Shown: positions 1 through 8,197 of the stretch, piece after piece
Layout: every line of letters begins with the position of its first letter
Position numbering within the stretch: the stretch's first letter is position 1
Source of the DNA: a virus
DNA: 34,051 nucleotides
Strand: one strand, 5' to 3'
Virus record (IMG/VR): IMGVR_UViG_3300048599_000816
Location: 160,545-194,595 of that record
Position numbers and translations under genes: made by a program
Notes under the pieces: generated by a model
What the model saw: only the letters and a program-made list of their open reading frames with translations
Database searches by the model: none
Told to the model about the DNA's origin: nothing

Positions 1-1385
1 TTTTTTACAGATTCAATAAGGTTTTCAATAGAAATTAAAATATCACAATCGCAAAACACAAAAACATCATATTTTGCTTTTAATGCTGCAATATTCATTC
101 CCCAAGACTTATTAAAGTCACCAGAATTTCCAAGAAAAAAATAACGAATTGGGAACGTTACATCTTTAAGAGTAGGATGTTCACCTTGTTCTGTAACTAT
201 TATTTCAAATCCGTGTTGTTTTACAAAAGAAGAGTAATAACTAAGTGTTGCTAAAATTGCTTGTTTTCTATCTGGGTGTGATTCTTTATACGGTATTATT
301 AGTGAAAATTTATATTCAGTTTTTTGATTTTTTATTTGTTGTTCTCCACCCCAAATAGAATATTTCATAATATTACAACCACAAAAAGAAAAATCTTTTA
401 AAGATCTTAAGTTTTGATATTCTTCATTGTTCCAAATATCTTTTATAAAATCTTTTTCAACAGTAAAAAAGCCTATATGTTTTTTGCCTTGGCAACAAGT
501 TACAACTTCTCCATCAGTTTTTATAACCGTTTGTATCCAAGGATAAGAACACAACTTATTTTCGACATCTGGGTTTGATTCTTCACAGTAAAACTCAAAA
601 TACTTATCAACAGGCAGTGAGAAATCATGCCAATTACTAGTTTTTTTTAATTTCTTACCACCAACATGTGATGGAGTAGAGATACGCATTTTAAGTTCAT
701 CAGCCAACTTTACTGCATCATCAAAATTTTGAGCATCTTCTGCTGTCAAACTTGTTTCTTCATTACCATCAATACAACCCAACATAATTTCTTTGATGTC
801 TAAGTTATTAGACCATTCAATTACTTGTCGTAAAAAATTAACATTATTTTTACCCACAACAACAGCAACACGAAGATGAAATTTATCTTGATTTATTTGT
901 TTTTGGATTGATTTTAAGAAGTTTATGTTTTCAACGATTTGCTCAACATTAGTACCTTTTCTCATACTTGATGTTAAACCATCAAAAGAAACATTTACCC
1001 AAGAACCAACTTCTACAATTTTTCTTAAAAGTTCTTTGTTGATTTTATAACTAAGATTCGAAAAAAACTTTATTGTGAAATGATATTTAGAACAAACATC
1101 AAGCATCTCAGCAAAATTTTCGTAAAGGGTTGGTTCACCACGTAAAAACAAATTTATTTCACTTAAATACTCAAACAATTGTTTTTCTAGAGCATAAAAG
1201 ATTTTCATGTCTAAAGGTTTAATGTTTCTTTTATCTTGTGAATAACAATATGAACAACATAGATTACAAGACACAGTAGGCTCTATATATAGCTTTAAAG
1301 GATATGAATTTAAAACAACTTTTCTTTGTTCACATTCTTTAAGATTTAGTAAAGCATTATTATAAGCTTTTTCTGAAACTTTCAT
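1..1385 (-). CDS. Radical SAM enzyme with a SPASM-type auxiliary Fe-S domain fused to a GT2-like glycosyltransferase domain. Partial: the C-terminus runs off the window start.
   Basis: The minus-strand ATG at 1385-1383 overlaps the stop of the upstream 175-aa gene in an ATGA arrangement. The frame stays open to coordinate 1, giving at least 461 aa. The N-terminus has CNLCCSYC, which fits the CxxxCxxC radical-SAM triad, and a RGEP glycine-rich motif. Further along, CSYPW...DGEVVTCC...IGF...DIWN...FCGC matches the SPASM Cys pattern. The last roughly 130 aa have SLIIPYKES and DCD motifs typical of the GT2 family. Confidence 0.6.
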   Translation of the reverse strand, partial: MKVSEKAYNNALLNLKECEQRKVVLNSYPLKLYIEPTVSCNLCCSYCYSQDKRNIKPLDMKIFYALEKQLFEYLSEINLFLRGEPTLYENFAEMLDVCSKYHFTIKFFSNLSYKINKELLRKIVEVGSWVNVSFDGLTSSMRKGTNVEQIVENINFLKSIQKQINQDKFHLRVAVVVGKNNVNFLRQVIEWSNNLDIKEIMLGCIDGNEETSLTAEDAQNFDDAVKLADELKMRISTPSHVGGKKLKKTSNWHDFSLPVDKYFEFYCEESNPDVENKLCSYPWIQTVIKTDGEVVTCCQGKKHIGFFTVEKDFIKDIWNNEEYQNLRSLKDFSFCGCNIMKYSIWGGEQQIKNQKTEYKFSLIIPYKESHPDRKQAILATLSYYSSFVKQHGFEIIVTEQGEHPTLKDVTFPIRYFFLGNSGDFNKSWGMNIAALKAKYDVFVFCDCDILISIENLIESVK

Positions 1386-1909
1386 GATTCTTCTTTTGTT
1401 ACAACATCTAAAGAGAATTTTCTGATAGAAGCACTTGCAAACTTTATTAACAAATTATATGATGTTCTTAATTGATCATCATTCATTTCATTAAAAAGTT
1501 TTGAAAGATCACGCTCAATAGTACTTAACATAACACGAACTTCATCAGGATCTAAATAAAGAATTCCTGCAAGAACTATTTTTATGTCGTCAAATTTATT
1601 TTCAGTAACTAGTTTTTTGAAATATTCAAAAGAAAGTTTTCTTTTTTTATCTTGATAATTTAAAATTATTCTTTTGCTTATTTTTCGAACAATGTAACCA
1701 TCCCATGAACCTAACAAATTACTATAACTTTGAATTGCTTCTAAACAAAATCTAAAGGCTTCTAATTCATTATCTGTTTCAATCAATAAACCATTATTGT
1801 CTACAAAATTTGCATTGCGAAACTGTGCACGAGCTATGTTTAAGAGAACTTTAGTCTCTTTCTTAGGTAAACAATGCCACCCTTCGAATTCGAGCTTTAA
1901 TTTGTGCAT
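1382..1909 (-). CDS. Hypothetical protein (175 aa), translationally coupled to the downstream radical-SAM gene.
   Basis: ORF track. Its stop codon (TGA) overlaps the ATG of the radical-SAM gene (ATGA). I recognised no motif. Confidence 0.5.
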   Translation of the reverse strand: MHKLKLEFEGWHCLPKKETKVLLNIARAQFRNANFVDNNGLLIETDNELEAFRFCLEAIQSYSNLLGSWDGYIVRKISKRIILNYQDKKRKLSFEYFKKLVTENKFDDIKIVLAGILYLDPDEVRVMLSTIERDLSKLFNEMNDDQLRTSYNLLIKFASASIRKFSLDVVTKEES

Positions 1910-1950
1910 TTATCTTCATTTCGTTTAATCTCTTTATATATTAATTTATA

Positions 1951-1989
1951 GAGCAAGAATAAGTTAGATTTTATGAATTATTCTTGCTC
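1951..1989. other. Perfect 12-bp inverted repeat (gagcaagaataa / ttattcttgctc) with a 15-nt loop, overlapping the stop codon of the 185-aa gene.
   Basis: Read directly from the sequence. The repeat is followed on the plus strand by tttttgttgttg, so the U-run sits on the plus-strand transcript only. Confidence 0.4.
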
Positions 1990-2535
1990 TTTTTGTTGTT
2001 GAATTGCACAATCAATAATTCTTCCCCATAGTTCACGATCATCATGAACTCTATTATACAACAATTGTATTATTTCAGGTTTTGTCATACCCCAACTTAA
2101 CAATTCTTTAACTTGCTCTAATCTAGATTGTTTTTCGCCAGAATCGTCCCAGTATTTTTTGTAATCAATTTCAAAATCACCATCAGGTTGCTTTTTTAAA
2201 TATTGAACATGAGGAAACACATCAGCTATATTTTGAAAAATGTGCATTGTCTCATGTGTTACTGTAGATTTTGCATCCTCTAAATACTCAATGACATCAT
2301 CTTTTGTTTTAATGTTGTTTTTAGTAAAATCTTTTAAAGGAAGAAAAATCATTTTTTTTTCATGATTTGAAGCACCACGTTCTTCTTGATCTCTAAATTT
2401 AATCCGTATTTTGTCTAAAACATCAGTTAAATCTTTTTTACTTGTCGTCGGATAGATTTCTTTCAATCTATCTAAGATGTATTTTCTTTTTTTAGGTATA
2501 TCTTTAAAAGTATAAGTATCAGTTTTAATGCTCAT
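1978..2535 (-). CDS. Hypothetical protein (185 aa) with an HExxH motif (THETMH), possibly a small zinc metallopeptidase.
   Basis: ORF track. The HETMH motif is in the middle of the protein, with another His 10 residues downstream. Peptidase function is inferred only. Confidence 0.45.
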   Translation of the reverse strand: MSIKTDTYTFKDIPKKRKYILDRLKEIYPTTSKKDLTDVLDKIRIKFRDQEERGASNHEKKMIFLPLKDFTKNNIKTKDDVIEYLEDAKSTVTHETMHIFQNIADVFPHVQYLKKQPDGDFEIDYKKYWDDSGEKQSRLEQVKELLSWGMTKPEIIQLLYNRVHDDRELWGRIIDCAIQQQKEQE

Positions 2536-3100
2536 TTGTTTGCTCTTTTTTTAACTTTTTAATTGTCTCTTGCATTTCTTGAATAATCAAGTTCTGATGA
2601 GACAGTTTTTGTTGCATTTCGCTGACTACAGAAGAATTGTGTCTCATAACTTTATCTAAATCACGTTGCAACTTCTCTACCATCTGATTCTCAACGTTTT
2701 TTACTATGTTGTTTAATTCATCTTTGTCATTAATCAACACGTATTTGCCTTGATCATCAGATTTTTTAGTAAGAAGACTGACTCTACTATTAAAATCTTT
2801 TTCGAACAAATTACTTAACTCTTGTTCTTCAGCTTTATTGAGCGCAATTATGTTACGCAATTTACCGCACAAAAACGACTCTGTACCTTGAAACTGTCTA
2901 TCAATGTACTCTCTGTCAGGCATTAAAGCAACTTCTTGCAAAGTCGGTCCCCCAACACAACCTTTAAAAAAATCTGGACAATGTGTACAAGGGACCGGCT
3001 TTAATAAACCCAACAAAAATATAGCTTCATTTTTGTCTATATAAGAAATTGAGAAGTCATTTGCTTCTATAGAATCTCCATCGAATTGTTTTACAAGCAT
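2525..3100 (-). CDS. Hypothetical protein (191 aa) with a Cys cluster CTHC-x6-C and a C-terminal coiled-coil.
   Basis: ORF track. It overlaps both neighbours by a few nt, which suggests coupling. Confidence 0.45.
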   Translation of the reverse strand: MLVKQFDGDSIEANDFSISYIDKNEAIFLLGLLKPVPCTHCPDFFKGCVGGPTLQEVALMPDREYIDRQFQGTESFLCGKLRNIIALNKAEEQELSNLFEKDFNSRVSLLTKKSDDQGKYVLINDKDELNNIVKNVENQMVEKLQRDLDKVMRHNSSVVSEMQQKLSHQNLIIQEMQETIKKLKKEQTNEH

Positions 3101-4761
3101 TATTTTTTCCCAAGCACATCATCAATTATTTTCGAATCACTTTGATTGTCAAAAATATCAACATTATAGCTATTTGCACTTATAAAACTTTCTTGTGTTT
3201 CTACAGTTTCAGTTCTATCTTTAGAAGCTTTTTTACCAATATTTTTCTTTTCTTCATCTAAAGCAGCTTGAATTCCAAGAGCAAACTTAGAAACAAGTTC
3301 TAAATTGCAATCGCTTTTCAATTGACTTGCAAATACGTCAATATGTGTTTTAGGAACAAAAGTTGCAGCTTTTTCAAAAACTCTTTTTGCAGCTCTTGGT
3401 GAGCGAACTAAAGGATTGTTTGAAATTAACAATGCAACCTTCGTGCATGTGCCACAATTGTGTAAACTACAACCAACACATTTTGAATTTGCTTTCAAAC
3501 TATAAATCAACTTGCTTCCTGCATGTTGAAGTTTTGAAAAAGCATCAGCCATTTCATCACAATTTGAATATATGTTTGAATCAATAAACAAATAACCAAG
3601 TTGACCATAATGTTTTTGAAGTTTGTACTCATGCTCAGCTAAAAACAAATTAGTTGCTTCAAGACCAAAATGTTTTTTAAGCGAACTTTTAACAAATTCA
3701 AGATCATTTCCTGATGTCATCAAAGCAAAAGCATAATTTGTCATTGCTTTTGAATCTATTGATACAGGTTTTGCTTTAGGTTCTATCTCTACACCTTGTA
3801 AAGTTGAACTTGCAAAATTTGTATCAAAAGTTTGACGATTACTAAAACGTTCAAACTTTGTCAATTCATCTTTGTATTTTTCAGAAAAATCTTGAAATTT
3901 ATCATAACCAAAAGTTCTTGCAAGTTTCTTACCAATTTCTGACCTAGAAAGCTTTGAATTAATTCCAAGCTTATATTCATTAAACATTCTTGCAAGTATA
4001 TTTTGCTTTTCTGTAGAAGAATTCTTTTTTGCATTGTTATCAACATCACGAACAGTCAGTTCTTTGTCATCTGTATCTCTTTGAAATGCAACTCTAGCTT
4101 CTTTATTCTCGTAATAACTTTGTTTGATTTTATCTAGTGAGAATAAAAATTTAGAAGTTACAAACACAGGACGTTTTTGCTCTAACAAACTTTTGTATTC
4201 TTTGACAATAGAACTAGTGACATATTCAAGTTTTGAAAATTTATCAAGAATATCATTAACTGTTGAACGTCGAACTTTAAAATCAACTTTTGATTGTTCT
4301 ACAAGATTTGCATTTTTTTCTTCAAGACTTTCAAAACCAAGAAAAGCATATTTGTCTAGAACTAAACGAATCTTTGATTCAAAGTATTTGAATACGAGCT
4401 CTTTATCGAACTTAGAAAGAAGAGCAGATTGAATTTGTTCAAAACTGTTCTGTTCACGAATCATTGCTTCAACAGCTCTATCTACAGTCTTTATTGCAAC
4501 ATCTTGGGCAACACGTTGAGATTTTTCTTCTGTGAATCTGTTTTGTCTATTTGATTCTCTAGACCCGTCAGAAGTCAGTTCGTTTGCTCTAGATAAACCC
4601 GAATCCTTGTCAAAAGGGATATTAGGTACTTCTAGTTTAGGAGGCTCGTAATTAATCTCCTGTTCAGCGAGCTTTTCAATATAATCAGGCATTGTTTTAC
4701 GACTAGACTCTTGTAGTATACCTGAAAAACCTTGATCAAAAACACCATTTAACTCATCCAT
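3100..4761 (-). CDS. Hypothetical protein (553 aa) with a CVGCSLHNCGTC (C-x2-C-x4-C-x2-C) metal-binding-like cluster near the C-terminus.
   Basis: Long ORF. AAAAGGAGAAAAAATG Shine-Dalgarno upstream of the start at 4761. Confidence 0.55.
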   Translation of the reverse strand: MDELNGVFDQGFSGILQESSRKTMPDYIEKLAEQEINYEPPKLEVPNIPFDKDSGLSRANELTSDGSRESNRQNRFTEEKSQRVAQDVAIKTVDRAVEAMIREQNSFEQIQSALLSKFDKELVFKYFESKIRLVLDKYAFLGFESLEEKNANLVEQSKVDFKVRRSTVNDILDKFSKLEYVTSSIVKEYKSLLEQKRPVFVTSKFLFSLDKIKQSYYENKEARVAFQRDTDDKELTVRDVDNNAKKNSSTEKQNILARMFNEYKLGINSKLSRSEIGKKLARTFGYDKFQDFSEKYKDELTKFERFSNRQTFDTNFASSTLQGVEIEPKAKPVSIDSKAMTNYAFALMTSGNDLEFVKSSLKKHFGLEATNLFLAEHEYKLQKHYGQLGYLFIDSNIYSNCDEMADAFSKLQHAGSKLIYSLKANSKCVGCSLHNCGTCTKVALLISNNPLVRSPRAAKRVFEKAATFVPKTHIDVFASQLKSDCNLELVSKFALGIQAALDEEKKNIGKKASKDRTETVETQESFISANSYNVDIFDNQSDSKIIDDVLGKK

Positions 4762-4810
4762 TTTTTCTCCTTTTGCTTCTCCTCTTATTACAAGAGTAGT
4801 TATTGAAGCA

Positions 4811-5092
4811 TTAATATTTCGTATCTAACACTTTTTTCATTTTGAAATAAGCTTCAATTCCACTTTCGAAATTTTTAAGTTCATCAAGACTAGTAGCTTT
4901 ATGTGTATCATCAAAACCCGATAACCAATTTCTAAAACCATTTTTTTTGGTAATTTCTTGGATTTTCTTGATCAGAGTTTCTAATTCATTTAGATCATTG
5001 TCTAAATTTTCATTATCGTATTGATCAGCAGAAGACTTATTATGTTGTGTTTTTAAAACTCTACACATAGAACAAGTACAATTTTTCAACAT
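4811..5092 (-). CDS. Hypothetical small protein (93 aa) with an N-terminal CTCSMC motif.
   Basis: ORF track, tight spacing with neighbours. Confidence 0.35.
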   Translation of the reverse strand: MLKNCTCSMCRVLKTQHNKSSADQYDNENLDNDLNELETLIKKIQEITKKNGFRNWLSGFDDTHKATSLDELKNFESGIEAYFKMKKVLDTKY

Positions 5093-5124
5093 TTACTCTC
5101 TCCTTAGTTTGCACTCTACAATAT

Positions 5125-6105
5125 TTATTTAGCTTTGCCTATCTCGTTAAGCAGTTCATCATAAGCTTGAAGACTGTTTAACAAATCATTACTAGCTACA
5201 GAACATTGTGTGTTATAATTTTCGTCTGTAAGCTTCATGTAATTTTTCCATTTTGTCGTACTGATAATATTCTTAATTTTTCCGACAAGATCTCCGACTT
5301 TATCAAGTTCGCTCGTGAAATCAACAGAATCTTCGAAGTTTTCAGCAGCTGCTTCTTTTGAGTCTTCATCGTCTTTTTTCTTACAAGGACAATCTGGATT
5401 GGGTCCTGTACCATCAGGCACACCAGGTTCAACACCTGCACTTTTAACTAACTTCACTTCATAGTCACCATATTGATATGTAGTATCATTTACTTTTTTT
5501 CCAGGTCGTTTTTTAATTTCTTCTAAAATCTCAGCTTTAGTTCCTGCTTCACCTGACATTTCAAAAAACGTTGCAACAGCATCGTCAAAAGATTCACCTT
5601 CTACAACACCACCATCTCCTGGTGTTTCACCCATAATATCATACTGTTGTTTTTTTGCTGCTCTTTTATCAGAAATACCATCTTCATTTTCTTTGAAAAG
5701 TCTCATGACATGTTTCTTATCTTCTGATATTTTCCAAAAATCGCCAGTTTCAAGATCTTCATAAACATCACGACCAGCAACTTTAAAAATCCCAGCTTGT
5801 CTATAAGACATTGCTGTCATAATGCTCATCTTTTGCATATCGTTTCTTTGAGCAACAAGAATCCCAAAAAAATCTTCAACAACAGATTCGGGATTTAGGT
5901 CGATTTTTGCTCTTTCTTTAAACGAACTCAATGTACTTTTTGAAACATCAGGACTTTTGTCAAAAGCTCTCAAAGCTTTTTCAACATCTTGTGCAGTCAA
6001 AATAGCTTCTTTACCATCAGGTAACATAGAAGCAGCTGTTTTTACAATACCTCTTTTTGAAACAGAAATATTTTCAAGAAAGGTTGATTCTGTATCTCTT
6101 TTCAT
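5125..6105 (-). CDS. Hypothetical protein (326 aa), acidic, with a Gly/Pro-rich segment.
   Basis: ORF track. No recognisable motif. Confidence 0.5.
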   Translation of the reverse strand: MKRDTESTFLENISVSKRGIVKTAASMLPDGKEAILTAQDVEKALRAFDKSPDVSKSTLSSFKERAKIDLNPESVVEDFFGILVAQRNDMQKMSIMTAMSYRQAGIFKVAGRDVYEDLETGDFWKISEDKKHVMRLFKENEDGISDKRAAKKQQYDIMGETPGDGGVVEGESFDDAVATFFEMSGEAGTKAEILEEIKKRPGKKVNDTTYQYGDYEVKLVKSAGVEPGVPDGTGPNPDCPCKKKDDEDSKEAAAENFEDSVDFTSELDKVGDLVGKIKNIISTTKWKNYMKLTDENYNTQCSVASNDLLNSLQAYDELLNEIGKAK

Positions 6106-6114
6106 ATTTTCTCC

Positions 6115-6393
6115 TTATACAACAAGTAGTTTTTTCTTTATTTGTTTAAGTCTCAACACAAGACTCTTAAAATCATCTTTTGATTCAAGAATACTTGGAC
6201 TTTTTTTACCACTTAAATCTTCAGTAGCTAAATCTACTTCAGCAGATAGACTATTTAGTTTTTCACTCAAAGATGCAGCAAGCTCTAAAGCAGCATCAAT
6301 TTGATCTTGAGGAACTGAAGTAACCACATCAACTGTATCTGATACAGGAGTTTCTTTCTGAAGAATTTCTTTTGCAATCTTTTTAACATCCAT
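6115..6393 (-). CDS. Hypothetical protein (92 aa).
   Basis: ORF track. Adjacent stop/start with the 63-aa ORF. Confidence 0.35.
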   Translation of the reverse strand: MDVKKIAKEILQKETPVSDTVDVVTSVPQDQIDAALELAASLSEKLNSLSAEVDLATEDLSGKKSPSILESKDDFKSLVLRLKQIKKKLLVV

Positions 6394-6585
6394 TTATTGT
6401 TCATCTCCTGTTTTTTTTCTCAACAATTTTGTGCCTTCAACTTTCCAAACATTATCATCAACTCGACCCTCAAAAGGATCTTTTTTAGGAGAACCTAAAC
6501 TTACTCTCTCAAAATAACTAGCTTTTTTTGTTTGAGGAAGATCAAGAACTTTTTCTAGAACGTTTGATTCATCAAATCTAAGCAT
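6394..6585 (-). CDS. Hypothetical small protein (63 aa).
   Basis: ORF track. 1-nt stop/start overlap with the upstream 224-aa gene. Confidence 0.3.
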   Translation of the reverse strand: MLRFDESNVLEKVLDLPQTKKASYFERVSLGSPKKDPFEGRVDDNVWKVEGTKLLRKKTGDEQ

Positions 6586-7259
6586 TAGAAAGCTCCTTTG
6601 ATCTCATAATCTATTTCAGCAACCCCTTTTTCAACAGAACTAAATTTCACTTGATTCTTAAATATTTCTGGTGTTAGTGCTGCTTTTAAATTTTTAAATT
6701 CGCAAGTTAGATATGCAAAAACTTTCCCAAGAATATCATCTATTTCATTCTGATTCAAAACCACGCGATTTGCTGTTTTAAAAATACTCATGTTTTGTTT
6801 AAAATCAACAATCAAAGTTCCCGACATAATATTACTTTTTTTATCGTAATTATATTTTGACCAATCTTCAGAAACTTCTAATTTAGCAAATCTATCAAAT
6901 GAAGCTTTCTTCTCTGTTGTTTCATCTTGTTTTTCCATCTCTTGCTCAACAACATTTGGCTCTTCACTTTTGGGTTGATCTTTTTTCTTTACAGTCAATT
7001 CATCGTTAACTTCTAACTGGTCAATTTCATCAGCAAGAAATTTTAAACTATTGTTAAGTGATTCGCCATAAGTACGAAGTGCATCAGGTGCAGCTAAAAG
7101 AACACCTTTACTGACTTCTTTTCTTCGAACAAGATCTAAAACGTCTTCAAGTACTGTGTTGTCTGCATAACCTTTTGTAACAGCATTGATGACAGCATGA
7201 ACAAAGCTTTTGTTCTCTGATTCTGTCAGTACATTAGTTCTTTCAGCAATTTTGTCCAT
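6585..7259 (-). CDS. Hypothetical protein (224 aa).
   Basis: ORF track. AAGAGGT Shine-Dalgarno 5 nt upstream of the ATG at 7259. Confidence 0.5.
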   Translation of the reverse strand: MDKIAERTNVLTESENKSFVHAVINAVTKGYADNTVLEDVLDLVRRKEVSKGVLLAAPDALRTYGESLNNSLKFLADEIDQLEVNDELTVKKKDQPKSEEPNVVEQEMEKQDETTEKKASFDRFAKLEVSEDWSKYNYDKKSNIMSGTLIVDFKQNMSIFKTANRVVLNQNEIDDILGKVFAYLTCEFKNLKAALTPEIFKNQVKFSSVEKGVAEIDYEIKGAF

Positions 7260-7335
7260 ATTGACCTCTTTTGAATTTTAATACAATAGTTACTAGTTTT
7301 ATAGTTCAATGGCAAGATAAAAACTATAGAAAAAT

Positions 7336-8040
7336 TTAGACAGAAATCTCTTTTTGCACAGTTTTCTTTGATTGCGTATGATAGAGAGAGTTGTACTTTT
7401 TGAGGAGAGAGAATACTTTGTAATAAATTGCAGCTTCTCTCGCTAGTGACACACTTGAAGATTTTTTTAAATACTCTAGTCTTTTTAAACCTAACTTAAT
7501 TCTTGACCCTATAGATTCATAAAGCAAATCAGGTTTGCCTTCAGCTTTCCCAATTTTTTTTGCTATTCTTCTCAAATCATGATCTTTAAAATATTCTAAC
7601 ATTGCAATTTTTTGTTTTTTAGTCACATGTACATCAAGAAAATCTTCCATTTTTGTAATATCAATATTTCTAAAAAAACAAAGCAAGTTTATACGTTTTA
7701 GTGCACGTTTCTTATAATAACATACCATTTCTTGAGATACTTTTAAAATTCTACCCACAACTTCTTGTTTCTTTTTATAGAAAAACAATAAAAGTATCAC
7801 ATATTTTTCTATTTCTGGTAGCATGTGCTCTATAACATAATTTACTTCATTGATTTTCTCTTCATTCTCGAGCTCAATTTGAACGTCTTCAGAAGTATAG
7901 AGACTGTCACTATTTGAAAAAAACAACTCTAAAAGATTATTGTCAATTCTGACTTCACGTTTATATGCACTGATATCTCCACTTGGATCAAAGTGTCTTA
8001 TAATACTTGACTTACTTAATTTTGGGAGATAATCATCCAT
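7336..8040 (-). CDS. Sigma-factor-like protein (234 aa) with a region-4-type helix-turn-helix (VSQEMVCYYKKRALKRI).
   Basis: The motif resembles sigma-70 region 4 (lg.s.erVrqie.rAl.kL). The rest of the protein is not recognisably sigma region 2. Confidence 0.4.
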   Translation of the reverse strand: MDDYLPKLSKSSIIRHFDPSGDISAYKREVRIDNNLLELFFSNSDSLYTSEDVQIELENEEKINEVNYVIEHMLPEIEKYVILLLFFYKKKQEVVGRILKVSQEMVCYYKKRALKRINLLCFFRNIDITKMEDFLDVHVTKKQKIAMLEYFKDHDLRRIAKKIGKAEGKPDLLYESIGSRIKLGLKRLEYLKKSSSVSLAREAAIYYKVFSLLKKYNSLYHTQSKKTVQKEISV

Positions 8041-8043
8041 AAA

Positions 8044-8187
8044 CTATTCTTCTTTCGATGTTTTTTCCTTACAAGAGTCACATATCATACGACCATTTAC
8101 TAAACTTGTAGCTGGATTTTTACCACATTCTTCACATAAACCTGAAGCTATTTTAATTGGTTGTGGTGTACCTTGTTTGTGAAACAT
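8044..8187 (-). CDS. Small zinc-ribbon protein (47 aa): MFHKQGTPQPIKIASGLCEECGKNPATSLVNGRMICDSCKEKTSKEE. Not in the ORF track.
   Basis: Hand-translated from the minus strand. TAAGGAGTTTTTTATG Shine-Dalgarno upstream. Two CxxC pairs (CEEC ... CDSC). Fills the gap between the ligase-like gene and the sigma-like gene. Confidence 0.5.
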   Translation of the reverse strand: MFHKQGTPQPIKIASGLCEECGKNPATSLVNGRMICDSCKEKTSKEE

Positions 8188-8197
8188 AAAAAACTCC

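Noticed and set aside
3363-4432. Plus-strand ORFs 3363..3587, 4124..4432, and similar plus-strand ORFs at 5957..6304, 8161..8391, 9030..9266, 10192..11112, 12447..12731, 15023..15856, 16998..17475, 19527..19884, 28401..29521
   Set aside because: All lie wholly inside longer minus-strand genes. They have no Shine-Dalgarno. Their F/L/I/S-rich low-complexity composition is what you expect from the antisense frames of K/E-rich AT-rich coding sequence. I treat them as shadow ORFs.
7260-7335. Imperfect inverted repeat (tagttttat ... ataaaacta) after the sigma-like gene, as a possible terminator
   Set aside because: The stem is bulged and AU-only, with a 14-nt loop. It is not followed by a U-run on the transcribed strand. 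More likely it is just AT-rich spacer carrying the AAGAGGT Shine-Dalgarno of the next gene.
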